This document shows, piece by piece, positions 50,817 to 63,411 of a stretch of 64,000 nucleotides of DNA. The notes under the pieces are model-generated. The model had not been told where the DNA came from. It saw nothing but the letters and a program-made list of their open reading frames with translations, and did not search any database. How positions within the stretch are numbered: position 1 is the first letter of the stretch; each line of letters begins with the position of its first letter. The translations under genes were made by a program, and so were the position numbers. The stretch is from Vitrella brassicaformis CCMP3155 (lineage: Eukaryota; Protista; Chromerida), in NCBI GenBank assembly GCA_001179505.1, contig CDMY01000497.1, forward strand, positions 1 through 64,000. The letters run 5' to 3'.

Positions 50817-53262
50817 ATGGAGGGCCTCGGCGTGCATTCCCATGGTACCATGGACAAATCCAAGGCAGCCGACGCCAAGTCACGGGGCAACGCGGCCTTT
50901 CAGAGGCAGGACTACACATTGGCCGCCGAGTGCTACACCGAGGCCATCAGCCACGACCCCACCGACAGCGTCCTGTACTCAAACCGCAGCGCCGCCTATG
51001 CCTCGCTCAACGAATTCACAAAGGCGCTGCAAGACGCCGACAAGTGCGTGCAACTCAAGGGCGACTGGGCCAAGGTGAATCGATCAACAGGGTGGGGATG
51101 CACACACGCACACACGCAGACAGACACATAGAAGAGATCTGCATAGAAAGGCATGCAATGCGTTTTGGTGACAGGGCCATGGCCGGAGGGGCTTTGCCCT
51201 GTTTCATTTGGGTCGACTGCTGGAGGCTCACCTCGCATACAATAAGGGTACGTGAGGCACATCTGGACTATGTATGTGTGTGAATATGCGTTTGATGTCT
51301 TTCTTCTGTCAGCTCTGCAAATCGAACCCGGCAACGCCAGTCTGCAGGAACGGCTCCACAGTGTCATGTGTGCCGGATCACTGACCCAGTGCTTTTCCTC
51401 CCCCCGTGAGTTCCTTCGGTACGCCCAGATGGCCTGCGAGTCCGGATCCGTCGAGAACATTGGTTCGACGATCCGCCGATCGGCCGATTTACGGGACCGC
51501 ATAACCAACGTAAGACGTTAATCCATCCACCCACCCATCCACCCACCCATCCATCCATCCATACATCCAAGCATCCATCTATCCATCCATCCACTCACCC
51601 AGCCATGCACCTATCTCCCTCTGTGTGGTGTGGTGTATTCGTGGCAGAGCCTCGGGGGCAGCATCTTCCAGGCCGCCCACGCCGACTATCTCAAGCTACG
51701 ATGTGTGGCGTGCGGCAAGATCGCCCACAAGATGGCCGTCTGTAACGGCTGCAACCTCGCCCGCTACTGCTCGTCAGAGTGTCAGCGTACCGACTGGCGT
51801 GCTCGCCACAAGGACGACTGCAAGACGGCCACCGAGTATCTGACGGCAGACTGGTCCCAGGTGCAGCACAGCCCGGCGGGGGTCATGTATGTCATGGGGT
51901 GGATGGGCAGACCGACGTTTGAGGAGACGGTGGTGTTGTCGCAGAAGGCGATAATTAAGGAGATGGTCAAGGCAGGGGAACGCATCATCTTCACGAGCAT
52001 TTGGGTCAGAGACCTGAACCAGGTGGGGGTCCAAGTGCACACACACATCGCATCACCATCTCTCTCTCTGTCTTCCTCTCCGTGTATGTGTGGAAACCAC
52101 ACCCATGTATGTAGACCCGTTATTGCACGATGTATGTCACCTGCTCTACCGCCGCCCCGTCCCGCCCTCTATGTGCGTCTGAATTCACCCCGCATCCGGA
52201 CGGGAAGTCTGTGGCCTCCTACAAGTACTTCAGCCTGACCCCTGTCGGCCCACGCGGCGCCGCCCCGCGGTGGCGTGCCACCACCGCCCCCGTCAGTGAG
52301 TCGCTGGCTGCCATGGAAGTCATGTGCCGCACCCTCAACGAGGCTTTCAAGACCATCCTGGTGGAGTCTGATTTCACGCTGGTGCCGGAAGTCTCCATCG
52401 GGTGCCGCATTGAACTTCCGGCGGGTGCCCGATTCTGGCGCAAGATCACCTGTGAGGCGAGCGGCTTCAACGGCGCCGCCCACTGCTGGTGGCACTTCAA
52501 TCCGATCATCATCAGTGTCAGCAAGGAGGCCCTGGTCAGTCACTCAGTCGTCGACCCATGCTTTGCCTACCCATCTATGTATGCGTGGCCAATCTCTCTC
52601 TCTCTCTCTTTTCTCTCTCTCTCTCTCTGTGTGTATGTGTGTGTGTGTGTGTGTCTTGTCGGGTCAGATGCGTGCGTCGAGGGCTGTGTGTGGGCGTCGA
52701 CTGGAGCAGCTCAAGGTGGCGGCCGATGTGTTTGAGCGCACATTTCTGGACCGTCGCGGCTCCAACTACCTCTCGCGTGATATGTGGGGGCGCCACTTCA
52801 AGGCCGTCATGGACACGCAGGTCGCCAAGGCTGCCATCGCTGGCTACTGCCAGGCCAACGTACGCGGCATGACGTGCAGACACACACAAACAAAGGCAGG
52901 CAAGGCACAGCAAGAAATGTGTTGCCTTCTTCGATGTGTAGAAAGGTGTGCGGGACCGTCATGTGAAGTCTCAGCTCGTCAAAGAGGCACTCGCCTTCAC
53001 CGACGTGTTCCGCATGCACTCCATCGAGTATGCTGAAGACGTCCAGCGGAGGGCACGCGGTGCTGTGACGCAGTCAGAAGTGCTGGATGACTACACACAG
53101 GCCGAGGTCGATGGCGCCAAGGCTGAGCTGGCCGCCCTCGAGCCGCAGTACCCGCCAGACATAAAGGCCATCATCGATGCACCCGCGCCACAGGTCAGTG
53201 TTCAAGGAAGGAACAGGCAGACAGGGACCTGCGTGATCGTGTGGTTCGTTCAGGCCAGCTGA
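50817..53262 (+). CDS. TPR (STI1/HOP-like) plus MYND zinc-finger protein; multi-exon
   Basis: TPRs: [74 protein letters not shown]: [33 protein letters not shown]. Confidence 0.9.
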
Positions 53263-54479
53263 ATGAAGGGACGGCAAGGCAACGCCTGGCTGTGCGCCGA
53301 GCGTTTTTCCTTTTTTCTCTGGCGAACCCTTCACCATTTATCCATCCATCCATCCATGCGGATCCATCCTTGTGCGTGTGAGTGCGTGTGAGTTTGGTGG
53401 CAAGGAAAGGCTGACAGGCATACAGGCCCACACGTGTAGGATAGATATGGACAAGTAGGTGTATGTATGTGTACATGGATTGACAGACAGGTGTCTGTCT
53501 GTCACTGCAGGAACCCTCAGCTAGCAGTGAGTGAATGGGTCACAAGAATATTAATATGCACACTGGATGTCGTGTTGAAGCGTGCGTGCGCCGAGGGATG
53601 GGCGGCAGGCGGGCTGCTGTATGGCTGTCACCTTTTTGGTATCCATGTGCATGAGGCTGTCTCTCTCTCTCTCTCTCTCTCTCGGCGTGCGTCTTGGGGT
53701 GTGTGTGTGTGTGTGTGAGACTGTTTATGTTGACCTCCCCTCTGAGTGAATTCTGCCTCGTGTGAACGTCTCAATTGGTTAATCAGTAGTCAGTCACGGC
53801 ACCATGCACATACACACCATCCACATAACATCATTCTCTCTCTCCATCCACCATGCTGCCTGCAAGTCGCTTTCTTTCCAATCGGACGGACTTCTTCTCA
53901 TCTTGAAACGGACTCTTGCATGCCAACGAACTCATGACTGACGTGTGCACAACGCGTTATTTCACGCAAGGAAGGAACATGAATGCGATGATGAGTCAGT
54001 CAGTCAGTCAGGAGGGCCTCACACAACACACTAGGTACCTACACCTCTGCTGCTGCTGCTCCTCCGCGTGATGCCGCTGTCGCTGCCGCACCCCTGCCTC
54101 TCCCCTTGGTAGTGCCGCCCTCTCCCCTGCCTGGGATTTGTGTTGCCCTTCCGCTGGGCGCCTCGCGGTTTGGCTGCGGCGGCCTTGTGCGCTGCGCGCC
54201 CCACCCGTGTCGTCCATCTCCTCGTCTCGTCCATTTGCCTTGCCCACCGTCGTACAGTACTGCACCTGAATGGCCGACCGCTTGAGCGACGAAAGGTCAG
54301 AAATGCTCAGCTGACTGACACACAAATCCCTGCGCACACACACATGCACACATCCATCTACGCCGTGCACCCGCCCACCTCTCCCTGGGCTCCTTCCTTC
54401 CTGCATATATTGCGTTTCGGCTCCTTGGGCTTTTGCTTGGCGATTGAGTGCCTCGAGGCACCCTTTCTTCAGCAGCACT

Positions 54480-55499
54480 GACTGACTCGGAGGGAGGCTC
54501 GTCCATCTGTTACCTTGTTGGTCTTGAACCCCAGCTTGACATCCGCCCGCCGGAAACACCTACCTGTGGCGGCCTCGCCTCCACCATCCACCCCCTCGCC
54601 GCTCATCACACGTCCCCAACACGCAGGTACAGTACAGGTCATAGGGGCTCCCTGATGATGGGTTGGAAGTCGTTGGGAACATTATCACACTGTTGGTGTC
54701 GTAACGGCCATAAGGATTCCGTGCGTAATCGCGCGAGACCCCGTGTCGAAGGAGAGCACTTTGCTGTCCGGGTGCAGCGAGCGCCAGACTCGCCAGCCAG
54801 CGGACCTCTGTTATTAGCAGCATCGTGAGCTGAGTACTGTACCCTTCATGGGCCCCTCCACTGCACAGGTCACCATCTGCACCGCAGCCAGCTGCTCTCA
54901 GCTGAGCTGACGATCGGTCGTACATCATGTATCTGCAATGTACATATCACATCAGACACTGGGCTGGGCGGCTGGGATTTCGTCCCCCTTCGCTGACTGA
55001 CCAGGTTGTTCTGGAAGAGCCGGCCGGAAGCGCCCATCTCATCTCGCTCCCGTCGAGTCGACTGCCTCCAGAGCAAAGGCGACACCCGTGGCCACCAGCG
55101 GGCAATGCGTCACTGCAAATCGCGTCCCATTAGACGACCTGTCATTGACGATCTCGTGCCAGTTGAGGATGCGCAGCGGGTAGGCCTTTGGCTCGCCATC
55201 GACCGTCACGCCAAGCACCCAGTCGTCGTCACTCACGGCCGCCTCGCCAGCTGGAGAGAATTCTGGGCTGTAATTGAGGGCCTGTCAAGGTCAAGCACAC
55301 AGGCAAGATGCCAACATGGCAGTGAGTGTGATCTTGTGATTACAGTGCTTGTGTGCTTCAATCTATCGCTTCATTGCTGACCGCCCCTGACGATGCCCTG
55401 CAGGTCGATTTGGCAGCCGCCAGATGAGATCTGCGCCTCAACCGGGCTGCAGAGAAGCAGCAGAGGAAGCGCCAAGGCTCTAACGAGAGATCTCGTCAC
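54480..55499 (-). pseudogene. DUF3179-family (bacterial/archaeal-type) gene with introns, multiple frameshifts and no ATG start
   Basis: Motifs DDDWVLGVTVDGEPKAYPLRILNWHEIVND..AVTHCPLVATGVAF, GASGRLFQNNL, MYDR, AVEGPMKG, WRSLHPDSKVLSFDTG and RDYARNPYGRY..IMFP are all present but split across reading frames. A signal-peptide-like exon starts at GTG 55499. Confidence 0.75.
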
Positions 55500-55567
55500 T
55501 TTGCTGTCGGTCGCCCTCCTCCTCCTTCCTGTTTGAGCTCGCCTGCGCAGAAGGAAAAAGGAGGCGA

Positions 55568-56923
55568 ATGGGGAATCAGGTGATCGTCAGCAGCAGCCAG
55601 GCTGTCTCGCCAGCAATTGGCAACGAACAAATCGATTTCATCCACAGCCTGGGCCGGGATGCGCTTCACACCCTCGAGGACACCGGCAGCATCAGATCCT
55701 CGGCCCTCTTCCTCGCACAGATAGACTTCTCACCCGCCGTCCTCCGGAGTCGCCTGGGGCGGTCACTCGCAGCAAAGGGGCTGGAGGGTGTGATTCAATT
55801 TGACCAACAGCTGGACGCGAAGCTGCTGCTGAAGGCCATCTGGCTGGTGGACACGCAGCGGTGGACGGAAGTGGCCAATGCGCTCCGGCTGGCGGCGCAG
55901 AGGCGCTTCTGTCAGCTGCCGGTCAACCTCACGGTGCAAGACATGGAGAGGCACCCGACCAAGCAGGTACGTACGTACATGACTCAAGAAGACGGGCAGA
56001 GGGAAGATGCAAGGGTGTGTGCGTGTTGTGTGCGTGTTGTGTGGTGCTCATGTAGGGGTTTGCTTAGCCGATGTGCGCGTGATTGCGTTGTGGAAGCTGG
56101 TCGGCAGACACGTCAACTTCGGCGGCAACTCCGGCCGTTTTGAGCTGTTCGACCAGCCGGGCGGCGGTGTGCGTGCCATCAAGGACAAGCCCGGCTACGA
56201 GCTGGACATCAACCCCCCCCCTCCCCCCCGCCCACCCATACCACACACACGCCATCAACGACAACCCCCCCGTCAGATCCTCACAAACGGCCGGTAGTGA
56301 CATGGCCACTCATGCATCGATGTCGGCATTCATCATAAGGGTGATCCTGGACGTCCGTCCAGTGGCGAATTGGCCCCCGGGCAATACTCCTATGGTCTTC
56401 GTAGACCGGTACGCAGGACACACCACACTCAGGCAGACCCAAATCTATCCATCCATCCATCACGGCCTCTTCCCTCTGTTACCTGTTGGTCTCCTCAGGC
56501 ATGCCCACGGCGGTGTGCTGGACGGCCTCCTCAACCACTCGCCCCACCAGCCCCCCGACCGATGCACCGCCATTATGGCGGTGCGGGTGGACGACGACGA
56601 TCCCCGCGCTGAGGTCCGGCGGCTGCTGCTGACGCCGTTCGACAGCCCATTCGTCGCGGAGATCTTTCTCGTCACCCCATTCGTCGACACGAACGAAGGT
56701 GAGGGAGGGGTCATGCATCCTCTGTTGACTGGGCCATCCTCCGATATGTGTTGTTTCGCTGAATGCAGTGGGTGTGTTCGTTAGCACCAACGAGGCGCCC
56801 GTAGGTGATGCATCGGATGCCTTCATGGACCGCCGGCCCGCCACCGCCCCCCTGGTGGGCGGCCTGCTGACCAACGCCATCGCAGACATGTTCATCTACC
56901 AGAAAGAGAGAGCTCAGCAATAA
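55568..56923 (+). CDS. Lineage-specific family protein; apparent +1 frameshift in poly-C tract 56213-56229
   Basis: Coding-like exons (RLGRSLAAKGLEGVIQFDQQLD.., RVIALWKLVGRHVNFGG..VRAIKDKPGYELDINPP). The frame switches at the C run (NPPLPPAHPYHTH.. continues in ORF 56083-56784). Confidence 0.7.
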
Positions 56924-57289
56924 AGGCTGGTCAGGCGAGCTGTGTGGTGGAAATAGAGTAGTGAATGGGGGCTGGGACCAATGAACGATATGGGCGTGTG
57001 CAGTGTTGCCGATACTGATGGATGGATGGATGGCAGTATGGCAGTCAATGGACAGTTCATATGTGTGGACAGTGCAGTGCAGATCAGCCATTGCATGGTG
57101 GTTGATACACAACTACCACTTGACCCACACATGAGAGAAATGCATGGATCCACACACATGAAATGGTCAGTCAGAGGAAGCGTCCCTCGATGCACCATTT
57201 ACACAGACAGACATCCACTGTACAAGCATCCGTCGACACCATACTCATAGCACCAAAAACACCACAGACACAATCACACGAGTGCCCCC

Positions 57290-59460
57290 CCCACCGTGGT
57301 TGTCGTCGTGGTCAGGTCACTCGGCTGGGGCTTGATCTCATAGCTAGGGGTACGCCAACGGGGCGTAGTTGAGAGAGCAGCGCACCCAGCCGGGAGATGA
57401 GATGCCCTGACAAGACAAGACAAGACAACCCAGCCCACACACGCATCGCATCCATCGCAACGATGGTCAGTCATCGCTGTCTGCCTGCGTGTGTGCTCTC
57501 GGACCGACCTGGCGCAGCCAGTTGTGCGTTGGTCTGAGAGAGGACCGGTATTGTACGGTGAGGAGCTCGTCGCAGTGGCGGAGAAAGCGGTAGAGCTGAC
57601 TGCCTGGCCTTCCCTGACGCCCTCCCTGCTCACCTTTTGCAGTAGAGCCAGTTTTTTGTTGCGAGGCGCCGGATGCGTGTGCCGTGTCGCTGGCTGACCA
57701 CGGGGAGATTGCTCATGAGGAGAGAGAGGATCGACTGACACACTTGGCTTCGCGAGTGTGTGACCGCCCGATGCACACGTTATTGGGGAAGAAAGACATA
57801 CCAATCGTTCTGACTGAAACCAAACACACAGACAGATAGACAGATAGACAGACAGACAGACGAATGAATGATATATCGGTCCATTTTGCCAGTCAGTCTG
57901 TCCATTTTGGCATGCAGACGAATGATCATTTGCTCTGCGCGTGTCGTGTGTCGTGTCGTGCCTTACTTAGACACAATGAGGACTTACTGCGTCTTTCTGT
58001 TTGTCTGAGTTGAGTTGCCCTGTATGTATGTTTCTCGAGCGGATACGTACTTGCGCCCATAAGCAAACAACACGGTCACTGGTGCACTGCACCTCGTGAC
58101 TGACATTGCGGCTCTTGCCTGCCTGCACTCAAGAACAAGGGACACACAAATCCATCTACGGATGTGTGAGTCGACTTTGTGTGAGTGAGTGCATCCCCTC
58201 CCTCTCAGCCATGACCTCCGCCGCCAGTGGAAGACACCTCCCTACCTTCGTTCTTGTCGCTGGGGGTGTTCTTGCCGCCGCAGAGCGTCTCGCTGGTCTG
58301 CATTGCCTTGGGCTGACTCAGTCAGGACCCACTTAATTGCCGAAGTTGGTCATTCATTCATGTGCGGCTCGCCGGCATCTTGCCGCTGGTGTGTGTCGTT
58401 GTCCACCACTCCTTTCCTTCCCGGTGAGGTGAGCTGAGCTGCTTCTTCCACAGAGACTTCTGCCTGCTGCAGGGCGGTCCTGTGAAAGCATCTTATTCTC
58501 GGATGCGATGCGCACAACCGACCGACCTGAACGAAGGGCGGACACAACCAACAAGCAACGACAATGAATGCAATAAATCAATGAACAGATGGCTGGCCTG
58601 AGGTGGGGTGGTGTTTGCCTCTCTGATGCCGCTGCGTGCTGGCTGTGCATTCATTCATTCGTTGACTCATCGACCAGCACATACAGATGACCCAGCGGCA
58701 AACCAAGGGCATGAGGTATATATATATCGTCTGTCTGTCTGTCTGTCTGCCAGGCCGGTACGCAGCGGTCGAGGTGGCCCCCCGTCTGACCTTCGTTGAA
58801 GAGCTCTGCCTCGTCCTTGCTCCGCAGTGGTCGGATGTCGATGAGGAGGCCCTCCCTGCTTGTAGAAGATATTGACTGACTGGGACGGGGAGAGGGATGT
58901 CGTGTCGTAGATGAGTAGCGGTACAAAATCACCACCAACGCGACGACACGATGTGCGCCATCCCATCAGCTGGATGGCGTCGGCCACCCACCTCGCCCCT
59001 CCAGCCGACATACGAGGGCCTCTGTCTGTGACCCAGTGCCGACCACCGAAGTTGACCTCGTTCTTGACATCTCCAATCACCAACCTACAAACGAACACAC
59101 CGACGCACCACCGAGGGATGGATGAGCTAGCTAGCCGCACAGACCCATCATTGTGCGCATACCCTCTCAAATACGATGTCCCTTGTCCCCTGGCTGGGAT
59201 TGATCCAGTAGCAGGATGGATGGAGCTCTTGGAGCTCTCCTGGTACGGTGACCTACTTGCGGAAGGAAGGTGCCCTCTCCCTCCCATAGGCAGGCAGCGC
59301 TGTGACCATCTTGTCTTGATGGCCTTGTCCCTGTCCTGCTGCCAGAGGCGCTGCACTGCACGTCGGCAAAGCTGTGGATGTCATTCTCATGTATGGTCAT
59401 GTGCGAGTGGAGATCATCATCGTCCTCAGCGTACGTCCAAGTCACCAGTAGTAGTACTGT
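57290..59460 (-). CDS. Possible fragmented hypothetical gene (exon-like segments); model not resolved
   Basis: Several GC-rich segments between AG/GT sites (e.g. QLYRFLRHCDELLTVQYR, LLIDIRPLRSKDEAELFNEG); no recognisable domain. Confidence 0.2.
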
Positions 59461-59906
59461 AGAGTGAGTGATTTGTTACTGCTGCCTTGGGCGAGGTCTG
59501 TGGTTGTATTGTCTTCGATCAACACGCCCAACATGCCGTCTGCACAGACAGACAGACAGAGAGATTTTGCTCATTTGACTTTCTGGCTGCTCCTTCCTGG
59601 CTGCGCTATGGCCTTCCTGTGCGCCTCTCTCCAACTGATCTGGGGATCTGTGCCGTTGTTGGTTGGTTGGTTGTGCTTTTCCTTCACACTTCTAAGCTCG
59701 CAGGGTTTGCCAACCGATCGGTGTGCTGGGGGTGTTTTCTCCCCTCATGTACTTGGCCATTCTTCTCGCTTGACGAATTCGACAGGAACAGGTGACACAC
59801 ACAACACACACACCCATCCATCCATATCATCCATCCATCCCCTGGATCCATCCATCCATTTCGCCATGCACCACGGTCCGGTCCTCTTCCCTCGATCAGA
59901 TCATAG

Positions 59907-62622
59907 ATGTCGGGTGTTGAGGCCGAGGCCGAGAAGGATATCGACATGGCAAACGAATCGGTCAGCGAACGATGATTCAACAAACGACAGCCGGGCATCT
60001 TCCGTGTGGGATTGGATACATTTGCCAGGATGAGGTCGTTGGCGTTGGTTTGGCTCAGCTCGAGTCCGAGTGTGTGTATGAAGTCGGCGACTTCCTCACC
60101 ACCATCGAGCGCAAGCCGCTCTCACTCGTGTGCCACCAGCTGCACCAGAAGACCACCGACGCGTCATACGGCATCCTTTACCGTGACCTCACCATCTCCA
60201 TCCTCGAACACAACTACTGGAAGAAGATCACCAACCTCACAGGCACACTCAAAACACGACTGGTGGGTGGGCGGATGGGCGGATGGGCGGGAGGAGGGAA
60301 AGGCATGGATGTCGAGTGGATGAATGGTTTTCTGTATGTGTGTGTGGGGGGGGGTCAGAGCAAGATCAACACGGCATTTATCGAGACCGACGCTGACGAG
60401 GATGTGCTGCCGTCTGTAGTGGAGGCATCGAGGCGTCCAACGCCACACTCAGCTACATCGGTGTGGACGACCCGGAGCGAGAGTGCTTCTTCAACGTGTT
60501 CGGCAACAGGGAGGGGGCGGGGGAGGGAGAGGGGATGGGGGAGGGGGGTAGGGAGCCAGTGGTGTTTGAGAAGACCCAGCAGCTACACCTCACGGATACA
60601 CGATACCTAGACCTAGCCGAGTAAGGGGAAGAGGGGCGGGAGGGGCTGCAGAGGTGCAAATCTTTTGGTTTGTGGTGTGTGTTGGTGTGTCGTGTTAGGG
60701 ATCGCAAGTGGGCGTTTCCGAGTCTGGAGGTGCTGAGTGTGGGCAAGGTGGACCAGGAGTGTGTCGACAAGTGCAACCACCTTCCGGCCGTCACCCACAT
60801 CGTGTCAGCTTCGCCGAAGATCACCTCCATCACGGCCGATGTCATCGTCGTCAAGGAGGGGGACGAGTGGCAGGCGTTCACAAGGTAGATGGAAGACTGG
60901 CGCGCCTCTGCTTTCGGTCTCACACACATCTTTCCTTCCCTCTTTATGTGTGCGTGTGTGTCGATGTCAGTTCGCTGAGTGGTTGTCCCAAGCTCACCAG
61001 CATCAGCGGCCTCTATCTCGTCCCGCCCGAGAATTACTACAGTGAACCTGAGTGAGCGGGGCCAGAAACTAGATGGGAGGGAGGTATGCACCATGTCATA
61101 TGTCCCTCTTCCTCCTGTCGTGTGTCAGTCCCGTTGAGTACATCTACGATCCGCTGGGCCGCCTCACCACGGCACTCGACACCAACTGGCGCACCGATGA
61201 CATGAAAGGTAGGGGAGTGGGTGGGGGTGGGCAGATTAAGACCACACACAGGGAGGGACTCTTTGCTACATGTGTCATCTGTGCTGTGCAGGTGTGGACA
61301 AGACCATCACCATTCACCATCGCTTCTCGTTTGGCGCCGACTTCAGCCGCCAGCTGACAGACCGCAGCGGCCCCAACCACTTCGTGCTGCAGGACCTGCT
61401 CAACTGGGCGGACGAGACCAAATGCCAAATCGTGTGGATGCCACGGTCGCCACGGTCGGTGAGACCTGCAGGGGGAAACGAACCGCAGACAGAGACGGGC
61501 ACATGCTCCGTGTCTATGTGTGTGTGTGTGTGTGTGTGTTGTGCAGTGCGGCCGACACTTTCGAGCCTTGCATCTTCGACAAGTTCGGCCCGCCGCAGTA
61601 TGACGACGTCGTCATTGACTGCAGCAAGGAGGCCCCGGACACAAAACCCCCGGCCCCGCACGGACCTGTAGGCCAACTCATCGCCAATCTGACGAAAAAA
61701 TGCGACGCGGTGAGAGAGGGGTGTATGGGGGAGGGAGGTGCAGCACACGGCCTAGAGCAAAATGTCTGCCCTGCTCCTTTTTCCGTTCCTTCTCTCGCAG
61801 GTCAAGTTTGTGTACGGCGGTGCCCCCCTGCACGACACGTGGGGGCAGCTGCTGACATTTCCCGCCGCCACCAAGCTCTCCATCTACCCCCGCGACGACG
61901 ACACCATGGCCGTCCGCCAGGTGGTGAGCAGCATCCCCGAGTGGCTGGTGGCCAAGGACCAGAACGGCAACAGCACCCATCTGCCGGCCATCCAGGACCT
62001 CTACATCGACATATATGGGTCTTCCAACACCTCTCACACCGACTCCTTGCCGACCGGTGCTGAGGCTGCCAGGCTGGAGCAGCTGTTGGGGGGTCTGGTG
62101 GGGGTGCGTAGGGTGTGGCTCGGGGCAAAGAGCCTCCGCGCCGTGTCGCAGTGTATGTCGTATCTGCATGCCCGTGAGCTGAAGAAGTTGCACATCAGCC
62201 TGGGCGAAAACCCAGCTGCGCTACCCGACTCATCACACGTGCCCGTGCCTAGCCTAGCCTACCCTTCCGTCAAGTCGCTGCGTGTGTCGAATGACTTTAG
62301 TAAGATCAGCAAGGGGTGCGCGCGGTCTGTCTTGTCTCTGCTCATGTCCATCAAGCCAGCCAAAGCCAGCATCGATCTGACGCTCAGCACAGAGTCACTC
62401 GCACCAGGCCAGGGCCAAGACAACGGCTTCGACAAGTATGTCTCTGCTTCCCTCAAGGATTTGCGGCTGGAAGCAGAGAGGAGGGTGGGGTCGGCCTACG
62501 ATGTGGTGTCGTCTGTGTGTAATGAGGGTAGCATCTCGTTGCGCATGTGGCTAGTGCTGAAGGAGGGGGGCAAGGGAGAGAAGGGCAAGGGGGGCAAGGG
62601 GGGAGGCAAGAAGGCCAAGTGA
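59907..62622 (+). CDS. Gene B': paralogue of gene B with Lys/Gly C-terminal tail; one apparent frameshift (~60424)
   Basis: Exon-for-exon match to 41372-44024; ends ..SLRMWLVLKEGGKGEKGKGGKGGGKKAK*. Confidence 0.7.
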
Positions 62623-62888
62623 GTGAGGCGATGTGGGCGGTTGGTGCAGATGGTGGGCAGGTAGGTAGCATGATTTGCCGGAGGAACCGACCGTCTCACT
62701 CACTGGCATCCGTAGAATGGGCACAATCGAATTCGATTCGTGTATGTTTGCATACCTATCCCCACCCCTCTTCTAATTCGCCATCGCGCGTGTGTGAGGA
62801 TGGCCTACCACGGCCATTCAGCACGTCGCCATTCCACTGTCGGTGTGCATGTCTGAGTGTGTGTGTGTGTGTTTGGTGTTGGGTGTGG

Positions 62889-63103
62889 GCATCGGACTGA
62901 CTGCATGGGCAGGGAGGCGTTACATGAATGGACAATAACCGGTAGCTGATGTCATTGGATTGAATCTCTTGGTTCCCTCCCTAACATACAAAGTCAACTC
63001 ACCATCCCGATCTGCCTAGCCAACGTACTGCCTACTGATGCGTTCCCATTACGAGAAACAAACAAGACACGCATGGGAATCAGTCAAGCAATCATCGGCT
63101 ACC
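62889..63103. repeat. ~215-bp non-coding block, copy 2 (see 40782-40998)
   Basis: Direct alignment. Confidence 0.85.
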
Positions 63104-63111
63104 TGTCACCA

Positions 63112-63411
63112 NNNNNNNNNNNNNNNNNNNNNNNNNNNNNNNNNNNNNNNNNNNNNNNNNNNNNNNNNNNNNNNNNNNNNNNNNNNNNNNNNNNNNNNNN
63201 NNNNNNNNNNNNNNNNNNNNNNNNNNNNNNNNNNNNNNNNNNNNNNNNNNNNNNNNNNNNNNNNNNNNNNNNNNNNNNNNNNNNNNNNNNNNNNNNNNNN
63301 NNNNNNNNNNNNNNNNNNNNNNNNNNNNNNNNNNNNNNNNNNNNNNNNNNNNNNNNNNNNNNNNNNNNNNNNNNNNNNNNNNNNNNNNNNNNNNNNNNNN
63401 NNNNNNNNNNN
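63112..63411. other. Assembly gap (N run)
   Basis: Run of n characters. Confidence 1.
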
